Shown here piece after piece: positions 1-13,432 of a stretch of DNA of 64,000 nt. Position 1 is the first letter of the stretch; every line of letters begins with the position of its first letter. Source of the DNA: the human T2T-CHM13v2.0 reference genome, Homo sapiens; the NCBI RefSeq assembly GCF_009914755.1, contig NC_060945.1. One strand, given 5' to 3'. The position numbers and the translations under genes are program-made. The notes under the pieces were generated by a model. It made no database searches, had not been told where the DNA came from, and saw only the letters and a program-made list of their open reading frames with translations.

Positions 1-116
1 GCGAATGTAAGTCTCTTGCAGAAACACCCTCACAGACACATCCAGAAATAATATTTCACCAGCTATCTGGGCACCCCATGGCCCAGTCAAGTTGACAAAT
101 ACAATTAACCATCACA
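1..116 (-). mobile_element. MLT2-family (ERVL) LTR, 5' end, cut by the window edge
   Basis: The reverse complement begins TGTGATGGTTAATTGTATTTGTCAACTTGACTGGGCCATGGGGTGCCCAGATAG, the characteristic MLT2 LTR start. Confidence 0.75.
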
Positions 117-1139
117 GTACCCCATCAGGTTCACTTCCTCATTCTCCTCCAGAAGGCCGGGCCATGGGGTAGGGAGAAGTCAGAAACAAAACTCCATGGA
201 AACAGCAGTTGAGAGTAAAGGAAGTGACACGGGAGATGGAACCTGTTTTCTGCACTTACACAGAGCAAGTCCTTGCAGAAGTGAACGTTTTTTGGGAATG
301 GGAGGGATGGTAAGTGGTTTACAGAAAAAAGGGCATAGCATATTTATGGAGATCTGTGGTTGGAGAGTAAGGAAAGGGCCAGATTCAAGTCCACTTGACT
401 GCCTTGCTCATGGTTTCTATCCTTTGCCTTGCAGAGGCATGGCATGTGCCAGGGTGGCTGAGGGCAGTGCCCTCTCAGCTGAGGAAGGCCCACTGAGAGC
501 AACTAGAAGCAGCACCCGCAGTCCAGACCATAGCTAATGCCATCTGTTTGCCAATGCCTATATGATTTCATCACATCTTAAGAAAAGTTTTGAAAAGCAA
601 CTCTCAATATTTCTAAGGTATTTTAACTTTTTCATGACTATTTCTCTAGGAATAGTAATGGATATTCCTCCAAGGATGGCTGAGGAGCAACTGAAAACTA
701 AATAACATGTGACTGTGAGAGATATTAATGGCCTTTGTTATTTAAGACAAATTTAATCTCTTCAGTCTTTGGCAGATCCTTTCCAAAGCAAGTGAAAGAC
801 TCAGAATGTGATCCACAACCAGGACATCTACCTATTCATTGAACAAAGATTTATTCAGCCCCTGCTACTGGCTAGCACTGTGAACACACAGTATATATCA
901 GTGGACAAAACAGACAGCAACTGTTTCTCACATGGTGCTTACAGTCAACATTATGCTCACTGTATGAAAATTATACTCACTCTTGTTTGTTTCTGAGAGC
1001 ATTTCAAGGACAAAAACTTATTAAATCCTAAATGACTTGCATCCTGGTGTTGTCTCTGAGATTTCTCTTCTCATGCAATTTACTATCATTGAAAATACCA
1101 GCCACACATGCATATGCAAAAATATAACTGGATGAATGG

Positions 1140-1570
1140 TCAGTTCTGTGATTACACCATAGCAACTGGATGGGAAAAACCCAAATATCCACCATCAGGG
1201 AACAATTAAATAATAATTCATCTAGATTATGGAATATTATGCAGCTATTAAAATGACTAGGCAGCTTTAGGGCTCATATAACAGATCTCCACATGTTTTG
1301 AAGCTGAAAGAGTAATGAAATAAAATTAGTGGATACTGTATGTTCCCACTCCCATAAAGAAATGTGTATTCATTTCTCTGTTTATACATGCATAGAAAGC
1401 TCTTGGAGAGATCTATAACAAGCTGTTATCCATAGTTGCATCTCAAAAAACAGACTGGGGTAGGACAGAGAAGGGATATATAATTTCATGAAATAGCCTT
1501 CTTTATTAAATAGATGTGTTCTTACTAATTTTGTTTTATTTTACTATGCACAAGTCTACTTTTTAATTAT
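1140..1570 (+). mobile_element. Old L1M (L1MC/L1ME-type) 3' end fragment
   Basis: Contains AAACCCAAATATCCACCATCAGGG...ATGGAATATTATGCAGCTATTAAAATGA, typical of an old L1 3' end. Highly diverged. Confidence 0.5.
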
Positions 1571-1618
1571 AAAAAGATACCAATGAACTTTAAGGGGTTA
1601 TTATATATGGTTTCTACA

Positions 1619-1827
1619 ACTGTCAAATACGTCAGTTGCTAGCTATGTGACTATTTCAATTTAAAGGTAAATTAATTAAAATAAACTTTAAAAAAAATGA
1701 GATCCTCAGTTGCACTCACCATATTTCAAGTGCTCAGTAGCCACAATGGTGAGTGGCTGGCATATTAAACAGTGCTGACATATAGAACATTTCCATTATT
1801 GCAGACAGTTATATTGGACAGTGCTGG
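1619..1827 (-). mobile_element. MER3-like hAT-Charlie MITE
   Basis: Contains TTTCAAGTGCTCAGTAGCCACA...ATATAGAACATTTCCATTATTGCAGACAGTTATATTGGACAGTGCTG. About 210 bp long with an AT-rich centre. Confidence 0.75.
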
Positions 1828-3609
1828 ATACTCTATGAACCTACAGCCAGTGAATTTTTCATGAGATATCTAAGCCTTTGTTCTTCACTCTACAGTTGAC
1901 TCAAAAAGAAATTACCCAGTAGAGCTGTGCGGTAAAGAATAAGAAGGAAGTTTCCTCAAAATTAACACATATCTCCCTTTCTATCTCCACTCGTTAACCA
2001 GCAGGAAAGTTGGAAATTCATTCCTTCAACCTTTTTACAGTGTCGTGATCAAGACTTTTAAGTTATTTTGCATATATTTTAAGTGTTACAAGGTCTGGGT
2101 ACCTTTCCCCGGCAGCAACCCAGGTTGATCACTATTTATTGAGTGTTATTTATTAACATAAAATAATAAAAAAAAAAAAACCAACTCTAATCTGATTTTT
2201 TAATTACTGTATAAGTGCTGGTAATTCCTCACTTTTTTAGATTCCTCACATTCAAATGTGTTTAGCCTTCTGAGGTCCCGTCCAACTCTGAGAAGCCACA
2301 AACGTAACCCCAACTGAGACTTGAGTTTGGATAACTGTGGATGCCTAAAAGTTGTTATCAGTATATTTGGCTCAATAAGCTAAAAAGTACCACTGAATTA
2401 TTTGGGGATTGCCCATTCATTTCTACTCTGAAAGTTTTACTTGTGTTTCTTAATGAGTCTAATATGAATTTAAATCTCCAGCCACCAAAACTAGAGTCTT
2501 AGTCAGTCAAATGCCAACAAAGTAAACTTTTAGACTTAGAAGCCGTCTTCTTCCAATTAGGAAAAGAAAAATGCAGAATTACATCTTATCCTTGCACTTC
2601 AGAGTGAAAGTAACTGATTTAAAAATTCTCTCCTTTTCACACCAAGCTAATAGAATATTGGACCGTCATCTGGCTGGAGAGCTGCCCTCCTGAGACGTCT
2701 GTGTGGAGGACACATGCATTTCATCTGTTAATAATAGTATCTTCAACAAAGAGCCCTGCACCAAGCCATCTGTTAGGTTGGGAGTTTTCATAATCAACTA
2801 GTAGAGGAGGAAGTGTGGGCGAATACAAAACGCTCTTTCACTCCAGTTCTCTTTTCCCTGTTTGGACTCCCTTGAAGAAACTGCAACAATCCATTTAAGA
2901 GGAGAGACCTTAGAACCTGCAGAGAAAGCACAAACTGCATATTTCCCTGCAAACAGATATTCAGAATGACCTTCTTGCTACCAGGAGAGGAATGTAAATC
3001 TCCCAGTGCTACAAGCTCTCCTTTTTCTTATTCGCAGACTTTTATGAGAATCAGCTTATAATAGCAACCTGATCTGAACTCACCATGCAGGAAAGTGAGG
3101 CAAAGATGGGGTCTGGACCAGCCCACAAAAAACGTCCTGTCTTAGGCCAGACATTTTACCAAGAGAGCCTCAAAGCAGGCCAGAAAAGGGAAGATGAGGT
3201 AAAAGAGCACATTTCTGCTATTCACTGTTAATCAGATGGGAAAACCCAGCAAATACAACTCAGTAAAGCATCTGCTTCTCTTCAGAAGGTGCAAAGGAGT
3301 AAAACACCATAGAATCACTTCTAGTTTTCTTTTTATCTACCAGTGTGGTCTGAATAAAAATTAAATAACTTTTGAAAATTTCACATTTGTCATCCATTAC
3401 CCAATTCATTCTTGTGGGTAATTTTTAAGTAAACACACGATTAACATGGTGTTGGTAGGTCATTAACACTGGTAGTGTCATTAACATGGCACTGGTAGGC
3501 AATGCCATCATAAATGAATTTTCACAAAAAAATTTCTCTTTTATGGGAAAAAAAGGAACTTGCTCAAAAAACATTTATATTACCAACTTTCAAGTTGGAC
3601 AGATGAAGA

Positions 3610-3815
3610 TTTGAATTTGTCCCTCCTATTACTAGTAATGTGTCCTTGAACAACTCACTGGCTCTCTCTAGTCCTCAGCTTCCTCACCTGAAAAATAGGA
3701 ATATCAACAAAACATAACCTATAAGGTTCTTGTAAGGTTTAAATCAAATATCATCTCTGCTCAGAGCTGTGCCTGGTACATCAGAAGAGCTCAATGTGGC
3801 ACTGTTAGTGATTTA
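3610..3815 (+). mobile_element. MIR SINE
   Basis: MIR core CCTCAGCTTCCTCACCTGAAAAATAGGAATA followed by the tail GTGCCTGGTACATCAGAAGAGCTCAAT. Confidence 0.6.
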
Positions 3816-4419
3816 TCATTTTCCACCTTGTTAAGGAATGCACACAGAGCATAACTAAAGTTTTCTTATTTACTTAAGCCCATCATTGTGAACATTACAG
3901 TGTAGGTCAGAGGCCCATCTGTCCCTATACTTAGTGTTCCCATTGATTTGGCGGAACTCAATTGTTTGGTGTTTGGGAGCAGTTTCTGGTACCCAGCCCC
4001 CATATTCACTTCCGGTTTTTAATCAGCTATGAACTAGGAATACAAGTGACCAAATAAATTACTACTGTACTTAAGATAGGTGTAAATGGGCTCAAATTCA
4101 GTGATTCCCATATTAGAATTACCTAGAGAGCTTGAGCTGCTGTGAAGACAAGGCGTCTGCATTTTATAAGCCCCGGGTGAGTCCAATGTCCTGGTGGAGG
4201 CCACGGCTGTAAGTGAAGACCAGTTCCCTCATTCCCTGACAGCAGCCCAGGAAGGGCAGTAAGTGGCCAGCCACAGTAAGTACAGCTGGGGGCAGACCTG
4301 GAGCTTCCTTTCCAGTAGGAGGGCCAAGGTCACAGACTACTTTATACGTCTAAAACTAATGCGACCCTCAAGGAGAGGGAGACGGAAGAAATCAAAGAAA
4401 ATTAAATCCTTCGACCAGA

Positions 4420-5400
4420 GCTAACCAAGATCGCTATGTGCCAAATCTTGTGCTAAGTGGTTGGGGTATGTCGGTAAATAAGACAGAAATGACCCCAACC
4501 CCTGCATGCACAGAGGACTGACAAGAAGACTAATGGGGGCAAATAAAACCAAGAATTGCACAAGTAGTTAAACATTTGAATAATTAAAGAAATTGCAATT
4601 AAATAATGGTACTATGGAAAGTACTTGGGTGAAAAAGTGTAAGGTGTGGGGAGATACGGCAAAGAGGTCCTAACCAAGGATGAGTGATCAGACAGCATCA
4701 TGAGGAGGACCAGCGGGCGGTGTCTTACTTTCCTGGGACTGCTGTAACAAAGCGCCACATGCTAGGGTAACTTCAAAACAGAAATGCATTTTCTCACGAT
4801 TCTGGAGGTCAGAAGTTCAAGATCAAGTGTCAGCACTGTTGGTTCCTTCTGAGGCTCTGAGAAAGGGATCATTTCCTGGCCTACCCTCAGCGTCTAGTGA
4901 TTTGCTAGCAGTCTTGGGTGTTCCTCGGCTTCTGCTGCATGTTCTCATGGCGTTCTCTGCCTTGGGGTTCACACAGCATTCTCCCAGTGCACCTGTCCGT
5001 GTCCAGGATTCTCCTTTTTATAAGGACGTCAGGCATATTGGATTAGAAACCACTATAATGAGTGCATCTTAACTTGATCATCTCTAATAAGGTCATATTC
5101 ACAGGTACTGGGGGTTAGAACTTCAACATCTTTTAGAGAAACACATTTCAGCCATTAACAGGTAGTAAAGAATTAGACTGGGTGAAGGAGGATGGAAGAA
5201 GAAAGCATTGCTAGAGAAGAAAGCACATGCCAAGGCCCTCAGCAAGGAGGGCTGCTGCAGTGACCAGGAATGGCTGGGAGCCTGGTCTACTGGAGTGTGG
5301 GAAGCAAGAGGAGGGTCAGGAGGCACAGGCAGCAGCTGATCCTGCAGAGCTCTGGGGGCTCTGTGGGGAATGTGGGAGCCAACATGGGAGATTATGAAAC
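4420..5400 (-). mobile_element. L2 3' fragment, split by an MLT1C LTR
   Basis: CTATGTGCCAAATCTTGTGCTAAGTGGTTGGGG...AAATAAGACAGA matches the L2 tail. Purine-rich L2-like sequence resumes after 5160. Confidence 0.5.
4721..5160 (-). mobile_element. MLT1C-like MaLR solo LTR
   Basis: TG...CA termini. Runs from TGTCTTACTTTCCTGGGACTGCTGTAACAAAG to CACAGGTACTGGGGGTTAGAACTTCAACATC...CAGCCATTAACA. Confidence 0.75.
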
Positions 5401-5799
5401 CAAGACAACTGAAGGCAAGATGTAGCAGAACCAGCAAGAGGGACAAAAGGGAACTGCCACTCTGTCATCTGACTGAAGACCCAGGGTCTGATTCTAGAGA
5501 GAGATAAACAGTCTCTGGATTGAATGACACCAGACACAGTTGAAAATGGAATTCAAATTGAAAACAGGATGTTAAAGAAATGTTCATATACTGAAGGGTG
5601 AGATTCCCCACCTTCTTTCTCTAGTAGGCTCTTAGGAGTCTGGCAGCCAGAGATGACACTGTGATACCTGGTCAGTCCAAAAGAGACACTAAGATACTGC
5701 CATGCAGATCCCCCCATTGAAGCCACCAAGGCAGACCACCCTTAATTTTCAGTACTTCTCCAACTGTAGCATGAATAACAATTATGGTGGGAGGGAGGC

Positions 5800-5943
5800 A
5801 TTAAAATGCAGATTGCTGGGTCTCACTCTAGATTCTGATTCAGAAGGTCTGAGAGGGGCTCAAGAACATGCATGTCTAACAAGCACCTCGGGAATGCTGA
5901 CACTGCTGCTCCATGGACCACACTTTGAGAACCACTGCTCTAG
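5800..5943. mobile_element. MER5A hAT-Charlie MITE (partial)
   Basis: Contains TTAAAATGCAGATTGCTGGG...GATTCTGATTCAGAAGGTCTG...GGACCACACTTTGAGAACCACTGCTCTAGA. Confidence 0.7.
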
Positions 5944-6342
5944 AGAGTCAATGAGTCCATGGGTGTCAATGAGCTGCCAACCAGCATTTTACAATTCTTA
6001 AGTGCAAGCAGAGATTAAATATTCAAAAGATCCAAGCCATTAAAAAAAAATCTATTCTAAAAGACAGTGAGCAAGATAAACAAAAACGAAAAAATAGTGA
6101 CATAAAAGAAAAAGACTCTTTGGCAAGAAGACAATGTCATTAAATCAACCATTACCCTCAGAGAGAGAAGATAAAAAATATTACATCTGTAATAATAGAA
6201 TACATGTTATTTTTCTAAAAGGAACATTCAAAGATCAAAAGTAAAGTTCTTAGAAATTAAAAACATGATAGCAGAATTGAAAAATTCAATAGAAAGACTG
6301 GAAACCGTCATCTAGAAATTAAAGCAAAAATTTAAAGAAAGA

Positions 6343-7797
6343 GCAGGAAGGGCTTGTCCAGGCTCCCCAAGGAGTCTGGAATGGGAAATGTGTACTGAAC
6401 ACTTAACATATGCCGGGCTCCGGACTCCATGCCAGGATGCAGGAATGCACAAGGTCCTGCCATGGGAGAGTACTCAAGGAGCTCTTGAAAGACCTGTTGC
6501 CAGGACCAGTGACCTGGTGATGGAATGCTTAGAAGAGCGGGACAAGTACCTGAACTCCTGAAGGAGTGAAGAACACCTTCACTCCTCTTGTAGGCATTTG
6601 GATTCCTAATCATGCCTTTATGCAAGACTTGGCCTAAGTGTTTGGGGAACCTGTTGTTCTCTCCAGTGCCAGCCTCAGCTCCCAGGCCAATTCTCTGAAT
6701 GTTGAGGAGTCTCAAGACCTCTGGCTTTGATTGTCCTCATTCATTGATGCGGGACACATCAGGGTTGGCCAGAGCCCTGAATGTTGCCTGGGCTCCACTG
6801 CAGTTGACTTATCTGTTCCTGGAAAGTTTGTCATCATCTGTGCCCTAAAGAGTACTACAGCCATCTTTCAACAGAAGTATGGGCTACTCCCCTCACACAC
6901 GTCCTGCCTGTGAAACTCAACAGGCGGGAAGGCCCAATAACTGGTGCTGGATCCTATTTGTCTGTCCTCTGATGACTGGCAAGCCCTCATCGGCAGAGGC
7001 CACTGGATCTACACACTAGCTTGACTCTGGGCAGTGCGTCTTTCTGAACACTGGAGATCAAGTGCCAGAAGCTGTTGTTTAGCTGTGCACCTGGAAGAAA
7101 AGTTGTATTTATTATGTGTAGTTTCGTGTATCAGCCAAAAGCTCAATGGAGAGGTTAAGAACATTCCTAGGTGGCCTTATTCTAATAAGTTTCTTCTCTC
7201 TCTCCTTTTCTAAATTGAAAAGTAATTTAAATAACAGATTTAGAATCTAGTGAGAACCTTGTCTCTGAAGAGTGGTGGCATTTAAGGTTCCAACCAGATA
7301 GAAGTATCGGTGCTGTTTAAGAAGTCTCAGGTGATCACAGGCGTCTGTTAGGCTCTTGAAGCTGGAACAAGATTAGGATAAAGATTGCAGAGCCACAGGC
7401 CAAATGCCCTGTTCCCCTGATCTGGTGGGGCAGTGATGTTGTGTATTATAACTGCTGGGGGGTGAGGGTGAGTAGTCATTTTGGTTTAATAGTGGGAGGT
7501 CTGCTCAGTTGGCAGGGGGTAGAGGTGGGGAGAGGGAGTCCAGATAAATGAATTTTGGAAAATACATCTCTAATAATCCTTTGCAGCCAGTGACTTTATT
7601 CTTACTTATTCAAAAAATAAGTTACGGTTAATTATACCTACAACACCTCTATTTAAATTCAGATTTGCTCAGCAGCCCTTTGTCTTTATTCATATGCATA
7701 CCAAGTGTTTAACATAATTATGGTTGGGCATTTGAACTTTGTTTTTCTTTAACATAAAGAAATGCTACTATTAAACATATTTGTAAGCAGAAAATAA
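6343..7797 (+). pseudogene. YRDC: Processed pseudogene of YRDC (threonylcarbamoyl-AMP synthase, Sua5/YrdC family); CDS remnant about 6454-6913 plus 3' UTR
   Basis: Translation gives LLKDLLPGPVT..VME..EE.DK.LN..FTPLVGIWIPNHAFMQDLA*..SSQANSLNVEESQDLW..GQSPECCLGSTAVDLSVPGKFVII-CALKSTTAIFQQKYGLLPSHTSCL*, matching the human YRDC C-terminal half without introns. It has stops at 6635 and 6728, a frameshift near 6513, an ATTAAA signal near 7770, an A-rich tail, and a TSD TTAAAGAAAGA at 6332-6342 and 7798-7808. Confidence 0.92.
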
Positions 7798-8861
7798 TTA
7801 AAGAAAGAAAATTGGAGATATAAGACATTTTTTAATTTAGAGGACTAGCCCATGGAGTCTAACATCTGGCTTAAAGGATATCCAGATGGAGGTGAGATCA
7901 CATGGAGGGAAGAGCATGCTCAAAGAATCCAAGAAGCTTTCTCAGATTCAAAGGACATGATTTTCCAAACTGAAGGGGCCCATCAAATATCTAGCACAAC
8001 AGAAGAATATAGACCTACACCTCAGCACACTTACGTGACACTTTAGGATACAGCAGCAACCCATCCTGTAAACTCTTCGTGAAAAAAAAGTTACATTTAA
8101 TACAAAGGATTGAGAATCAGTATGGCATTGGATTTCTTAAAAATGGTACTAGAAGTTAGAAAACAGATGACCAAGTCATTCAAAACCATAGGTAAAATTA
8201 TTTCCAACCTAGAATTTCATGCCCAGGCAAACTATTAGTAAGTAGAATAAATATACTTTCATAAAACAAGGTCTGAAAAACTTTACCCCCCTATTGCTTT
8301 ATCAGGGAGTTACTGAAGGATGAACTCCACTAAAACAAAAGTAGAAACCAAAAAAGAAGACCTGAGGTACAGAAAACAGAAGATCTAAAACAAGACAGGG
8401 ATGAAGGGACTGTCCAAAAGGATGGTGAGGATCCTAAGATGCAGCTGCATCCTAAGCCCAGAGAGCAACAAGTTCAGGCAGAATCTGGTCAGAAGCTCTC
8501 CGGAGATGTCTTTAAATGTCTGGGTGCTTGAATACAGTAAGAGGAAAATTACATAAATCAGAGAGAGTTTGGAATTAGTAATAATGACATGGGAAACCAA
8601 GCAAATAAGAGAGCCCAACAAATATTAACCTTAGGAAAAAATAAATTTTTAAAAATGAGAAGGGAAAGAAAGCACTACTCTGTATAGCTCAGCTATTAAT
8701 ATTGGGACTACTCAGAAACACTGATATGAACATGTAGTATTGATCTAATGAATATGACAACTACCTTGAGAGAGGCATGACGGAAGCATATGTCAGAGAT
8801 ATGGCAGACTGAAATAGAACTCAGTATTCATCTGCTATCATGGGAAGTTAATAACACTGAA

Positions 8862-9167
8862 ATTATTATTATTATTATTATTTTGAGATGGAGTCTCGCT
8901 CTGTCACCCAGGCCGGAGTACAGTGGCTCAATCTTGGCTCACTGCAACCTCCAATTCTTGGGTTCAAGTGATTGTTCTGCCTCAGCCTCCCAAGTAGCTG
9001 GGATTACAGGTGCCCACCACCATGCCCAGCTAATTTTTTTTGTATTTTTAGTAGAGATGGGGTTTCACCATGTTGGCCAGGCTGGTCTCAAACTTCTGAC
9101 CTCAGGTGATCACCCACCTTGGCCTCCCAAAGTGCTGAGATTACAGGCATGAGCCACCACACCTGGC
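8862..9167 (-). mobile_element. AluS (Sx/Sz-like) with an (ATT)n tail
   Basis: Full Alu dimer. TSD AATAACACTGAAATTATT / AATAAAACTGAAATTATT. Confidence 0.95.
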
Positions 9168-9516
9168 AATAAAACTGAAATTATTTTAAAAAAGATTTTG
9201 TTCTATAAATATATTACTTCTAAACAAGGAGATAAGTTTTTAATATCAATTAAAAAGAATTAAAAGTGATTTTTTAGGGAAAATAGAGAGAGGAGATGAG
9301 GATGTCATTTTGTAGCAAACCTTGTAAACTATGTAATTCTTCAACTCAAGTACACAGATAAGTCAGAAAACTGAAAAACAAATAACTATCTAAAAATATA
9401 AACAAAAAGAAACACATAAAATCATATAGAAGGACACTTCTGGAATGGTGGTATAAGGAGCTACATAAACCCTCTCTTTAGTGAAACAACCATACCTAGT
9501 GGAAAACGTTTAAAAA

Positions 9517-9517
<1 letters not shown>

Positions 9518-9588
<71 letters not shown>
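9518..9588. repeat. Compound (TA)n(GA)n microsatellite
   Basis: Directly visible. A second TA-rich tract follows at 9611-9679. Confidence 0.95.
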
Positions 9589-9590
<2 letters not shown>

Positions 9591-10235
9591 CTATGCCAGG
9601 TGAAGCAAGCAATATAAAATATATTTATAAATATATATAAATATATATAAGTATATACAAAATATATATATATATATATCCCTGGAAATCATCCTGAGAG
9701 GCATACCACAAATGTAGAAACATTATTTCAAGAAAATCAACTAAGTCTCTGTAAGAACAACAAGAATCTGAAGCATCTGAGCCATGACATTTTCTCTCCC
9801 TACCCCACTCCCAACTCAGTATAATCAAAGCTATACTCCAGGAACTTACAGCCAAGAACATAAGGCTACCATTTCCCTTAGTGGTACAATAGCTACAGTT
9901 TCTCCCCAGGGTGGTGAAGCCACCAGCATTTCTCATCCACCCTTCCTCTGGCTCTGTGCTACAGAAGTTCTACTCCAAGTAAGCCTGGCCAAGATGTCTG
10001 GGGTTCCCCTCCTCCATCCAGCCCCCTCTCATAGGATGGAAGTTCTACCCCTTGCTTGGCAAGCCAAGAATATTGGGCCCCAATTATCTTTATCCCAGCC
10101 CACTTGTAGGGTAGAGATTCTATGCCAGGTGAAGCAAGCTAAGAATACCAGAGGCTATCACCCCATTTAATGCTCCATGCATAGATCAGGGGTATAGAAA
10201 TAGGCCTCTATTCCTACTTTCAACTTAAGAGCAGA

Positions 10236-11382
<1,147 letters not shown>

Positions 11383-12676
11383 AAGCTACACACCTACAAC
11401 TATCTGATCTTTGACAAGGCTGACTAAAACAAGCAATAGGGAAAGAACTCCTTGTTCAATAAATGGTGCTGGGATAACTGGCTAGCCACAAGCAAAAGAA
11501 TGAAATTAGACCCTTACCTTTCACCATATACAAAAATTAACTCAAGACAGATTAAAGATTTACATGTATGACCTCAAATTACAAAAATCTTAGAAGAAAA
11601 CCTAGGAAATACCCTTCTTAACATTGGCCTTAGCAAATAATTTTTGGCTAAGTCTTCAAAAGCAATTACAAAAAAAAAATTTTAACAGGTGGGACCTAAT
11701 TAAACTAACAAACTTCTGCACAGCAAAAGAAACTATCATCAGAGTAAATAGACAACCTATAGAATGGGAGAAAATTTTTGCAAACTATGCATCTGACAGA
11801 TGACTAATATCTAGCATCTATAAGGAACTTAAACAAATTGACAAGAAAAAAACAACCCCATTAAAAAATGGGCAAAAGACATGAGGAGACACTTCTCAAA
11901 AGAAGACATACAAGTGGCCATCAAACATGTGAAAAAATGCACATCATCACTAATCGTCAGAGAAATGCAAATCAAAAGCACAATGTGATACCATCTCACA
12001 CCAGTCAGAATGGCTATTGTCAAAACATAAAAAAGCAACAGATGCTGACAAAGACGCAGAGAAAAGAGAATGCTTATTTAGTGTTTGTGGGAATGTAAAT
12101 TAGTTCAGCCACTGTGGAAAGCAGTCTGGAGATTTCTCAAAGAACTTAAAACAGAGCTACCATTCAGCCCAGCAATCCCATTACTGGGTATATACCCAAA
12201 GGGAAACAGATAATTATAACAAAAAGACACGTGCATTCATATGTTTATCACCACCCTATTCACAATAACAAAGACATGGAATTAACCTAGGTGCCCATCA
12301 ATGGTGAATTGGATAAAGAAAATGTGGTACATATATACCATGAATACTATGCAGCCATAAAAAAGAATGAAATCATGTCCTTTGTAGCAGCATGGATGGA
12401 GATGAAGGACATAATCCTAAGTGAAATAACACAGAAACAGAAACCAAATACCACATGTTCTCACTTATATGTGGGAGCTAAACATTGAGCACACATGGAC
12501 ATTAACATAGGAACAATAGCCACTGCAGGCTACTTGAAGCGGGAGGGAGGGAGTGCACATGGGTTGAAAAACTTCCTATTAGATGCTATGTTCACTATCT
12601 ATGGACAATGTACCCATGTAACCAACCTGCACGTGTACCCCCTGTATCTAAAAGAGAAGTTGAAATATATATAAAA
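11383..12676 (+). mobile_element. Sense 3' segment of the twin-primed L1P
   Basis: Starts AAGCTACACACCTACAACTATCTGATCTTTGACAA and continues through the ORF2 C-terminus and 3' UTR (CCTGCACGTGTACCCCCTGTATCTAAAA). Confidence 0.9.
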
Positions 12677-13359
12677 TCTCTTCCCAAGAGAGAGACAGTC
12701 TATAGAAACAGAGAACTCTGTAGCTGTCCCTAACAGGACTGTCTTTATTTGGAACAGAGCATAGGAAAGTCCAAGCCAAAGGACATTGTGAAAAAACAAT
12801 GGAGATTGTGGTGGTAAACAATTAACAGAAGGCTTATAGCTTCATGATATCAATATGTGAAATAGGAGAGAAGCTAGAAGTTTATCAGAAAGAACCATGG
12901 GGAGAATCAGTTAAGAAGAGTCATCTGGAGTCAGAGAAAGCCTCAAAAACTACCTCTGCAAAAGGGCCTGATTTTAATTGGATTAGAAGGTGGGGCAATG
13001 TATGCCCCAGGGCAGTGCAAAAAACAATAGTGCAATCAGCTAGCAATAAGTGGAGGATAATAGTTGAGTGTGATCTCAACACCGTGAAAACAGCCCAAAG
13101 CTTAATGGGGAGATCACACGAAGAGATTGGTCACAGAAAGCCTGGCTAAAACTGTTGTCATGCATGTCCAAGTCAGTACCCTGTGAGGAGCAATATCAAA
13201 GGTGACACACTGCAGAGGAAACAGACTTCACTAAACTGGTCCAGCCAAGTCACTAGTCACTAAACAGATAAAAAAACAAATAACACCAACAAGCCTCAGG
13301 GGAGGGAGGTTGGTATCGAAAGCTGCTACAATATATTATCTAAGATGTCCATGTTTTAG

Positions 13360-13432
13360 TGAGAGAGAGAGAGAGAGCTAGAGATGGAGAGAAAGAGAGA
13401 GAAAGAGAGAAAGAAAGAAAGAAAAAGAAAGA
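13360..13432. repeat. GA/GAAA-rich simple repeat
   Basis: Directly visible. Confidence 0.85.

Larger units (their letters stand above)
5990..9380 (+). mobile_element. HAL1-like (ORF1-only L1 derivative) element hosting the YRDC retrocopy and an Alu
   Basis: Degenerate L1 ORF1-like sequence at 6200-6330 resumes at 7810-8330 (ORF 7852-8046 reads ...KDMIFQTEGAHQI...RPTPQH). It is followed by a non-ORF2 tail (GAAGGATGAACTCCACTAAAAC...CCAGAGAGCAACAAGTTCAGG) that resembles HAL1. Confidence 0.55.

Noticed and set aside
6731-6913. 60-aa YRDC C-terminal ORF as a functional retrogene
   Set aside because: TTG start directly after an in-frame stop, with upstream stops, a frameshift and a 3-codon deletion. 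The catalytic N-terminal part is absent.
8790-9152. Alu-derived ORFs here and at 22446, 25910, 26944, 33394 and 55403
   Set aside because: Typical Alu translation artefacts.
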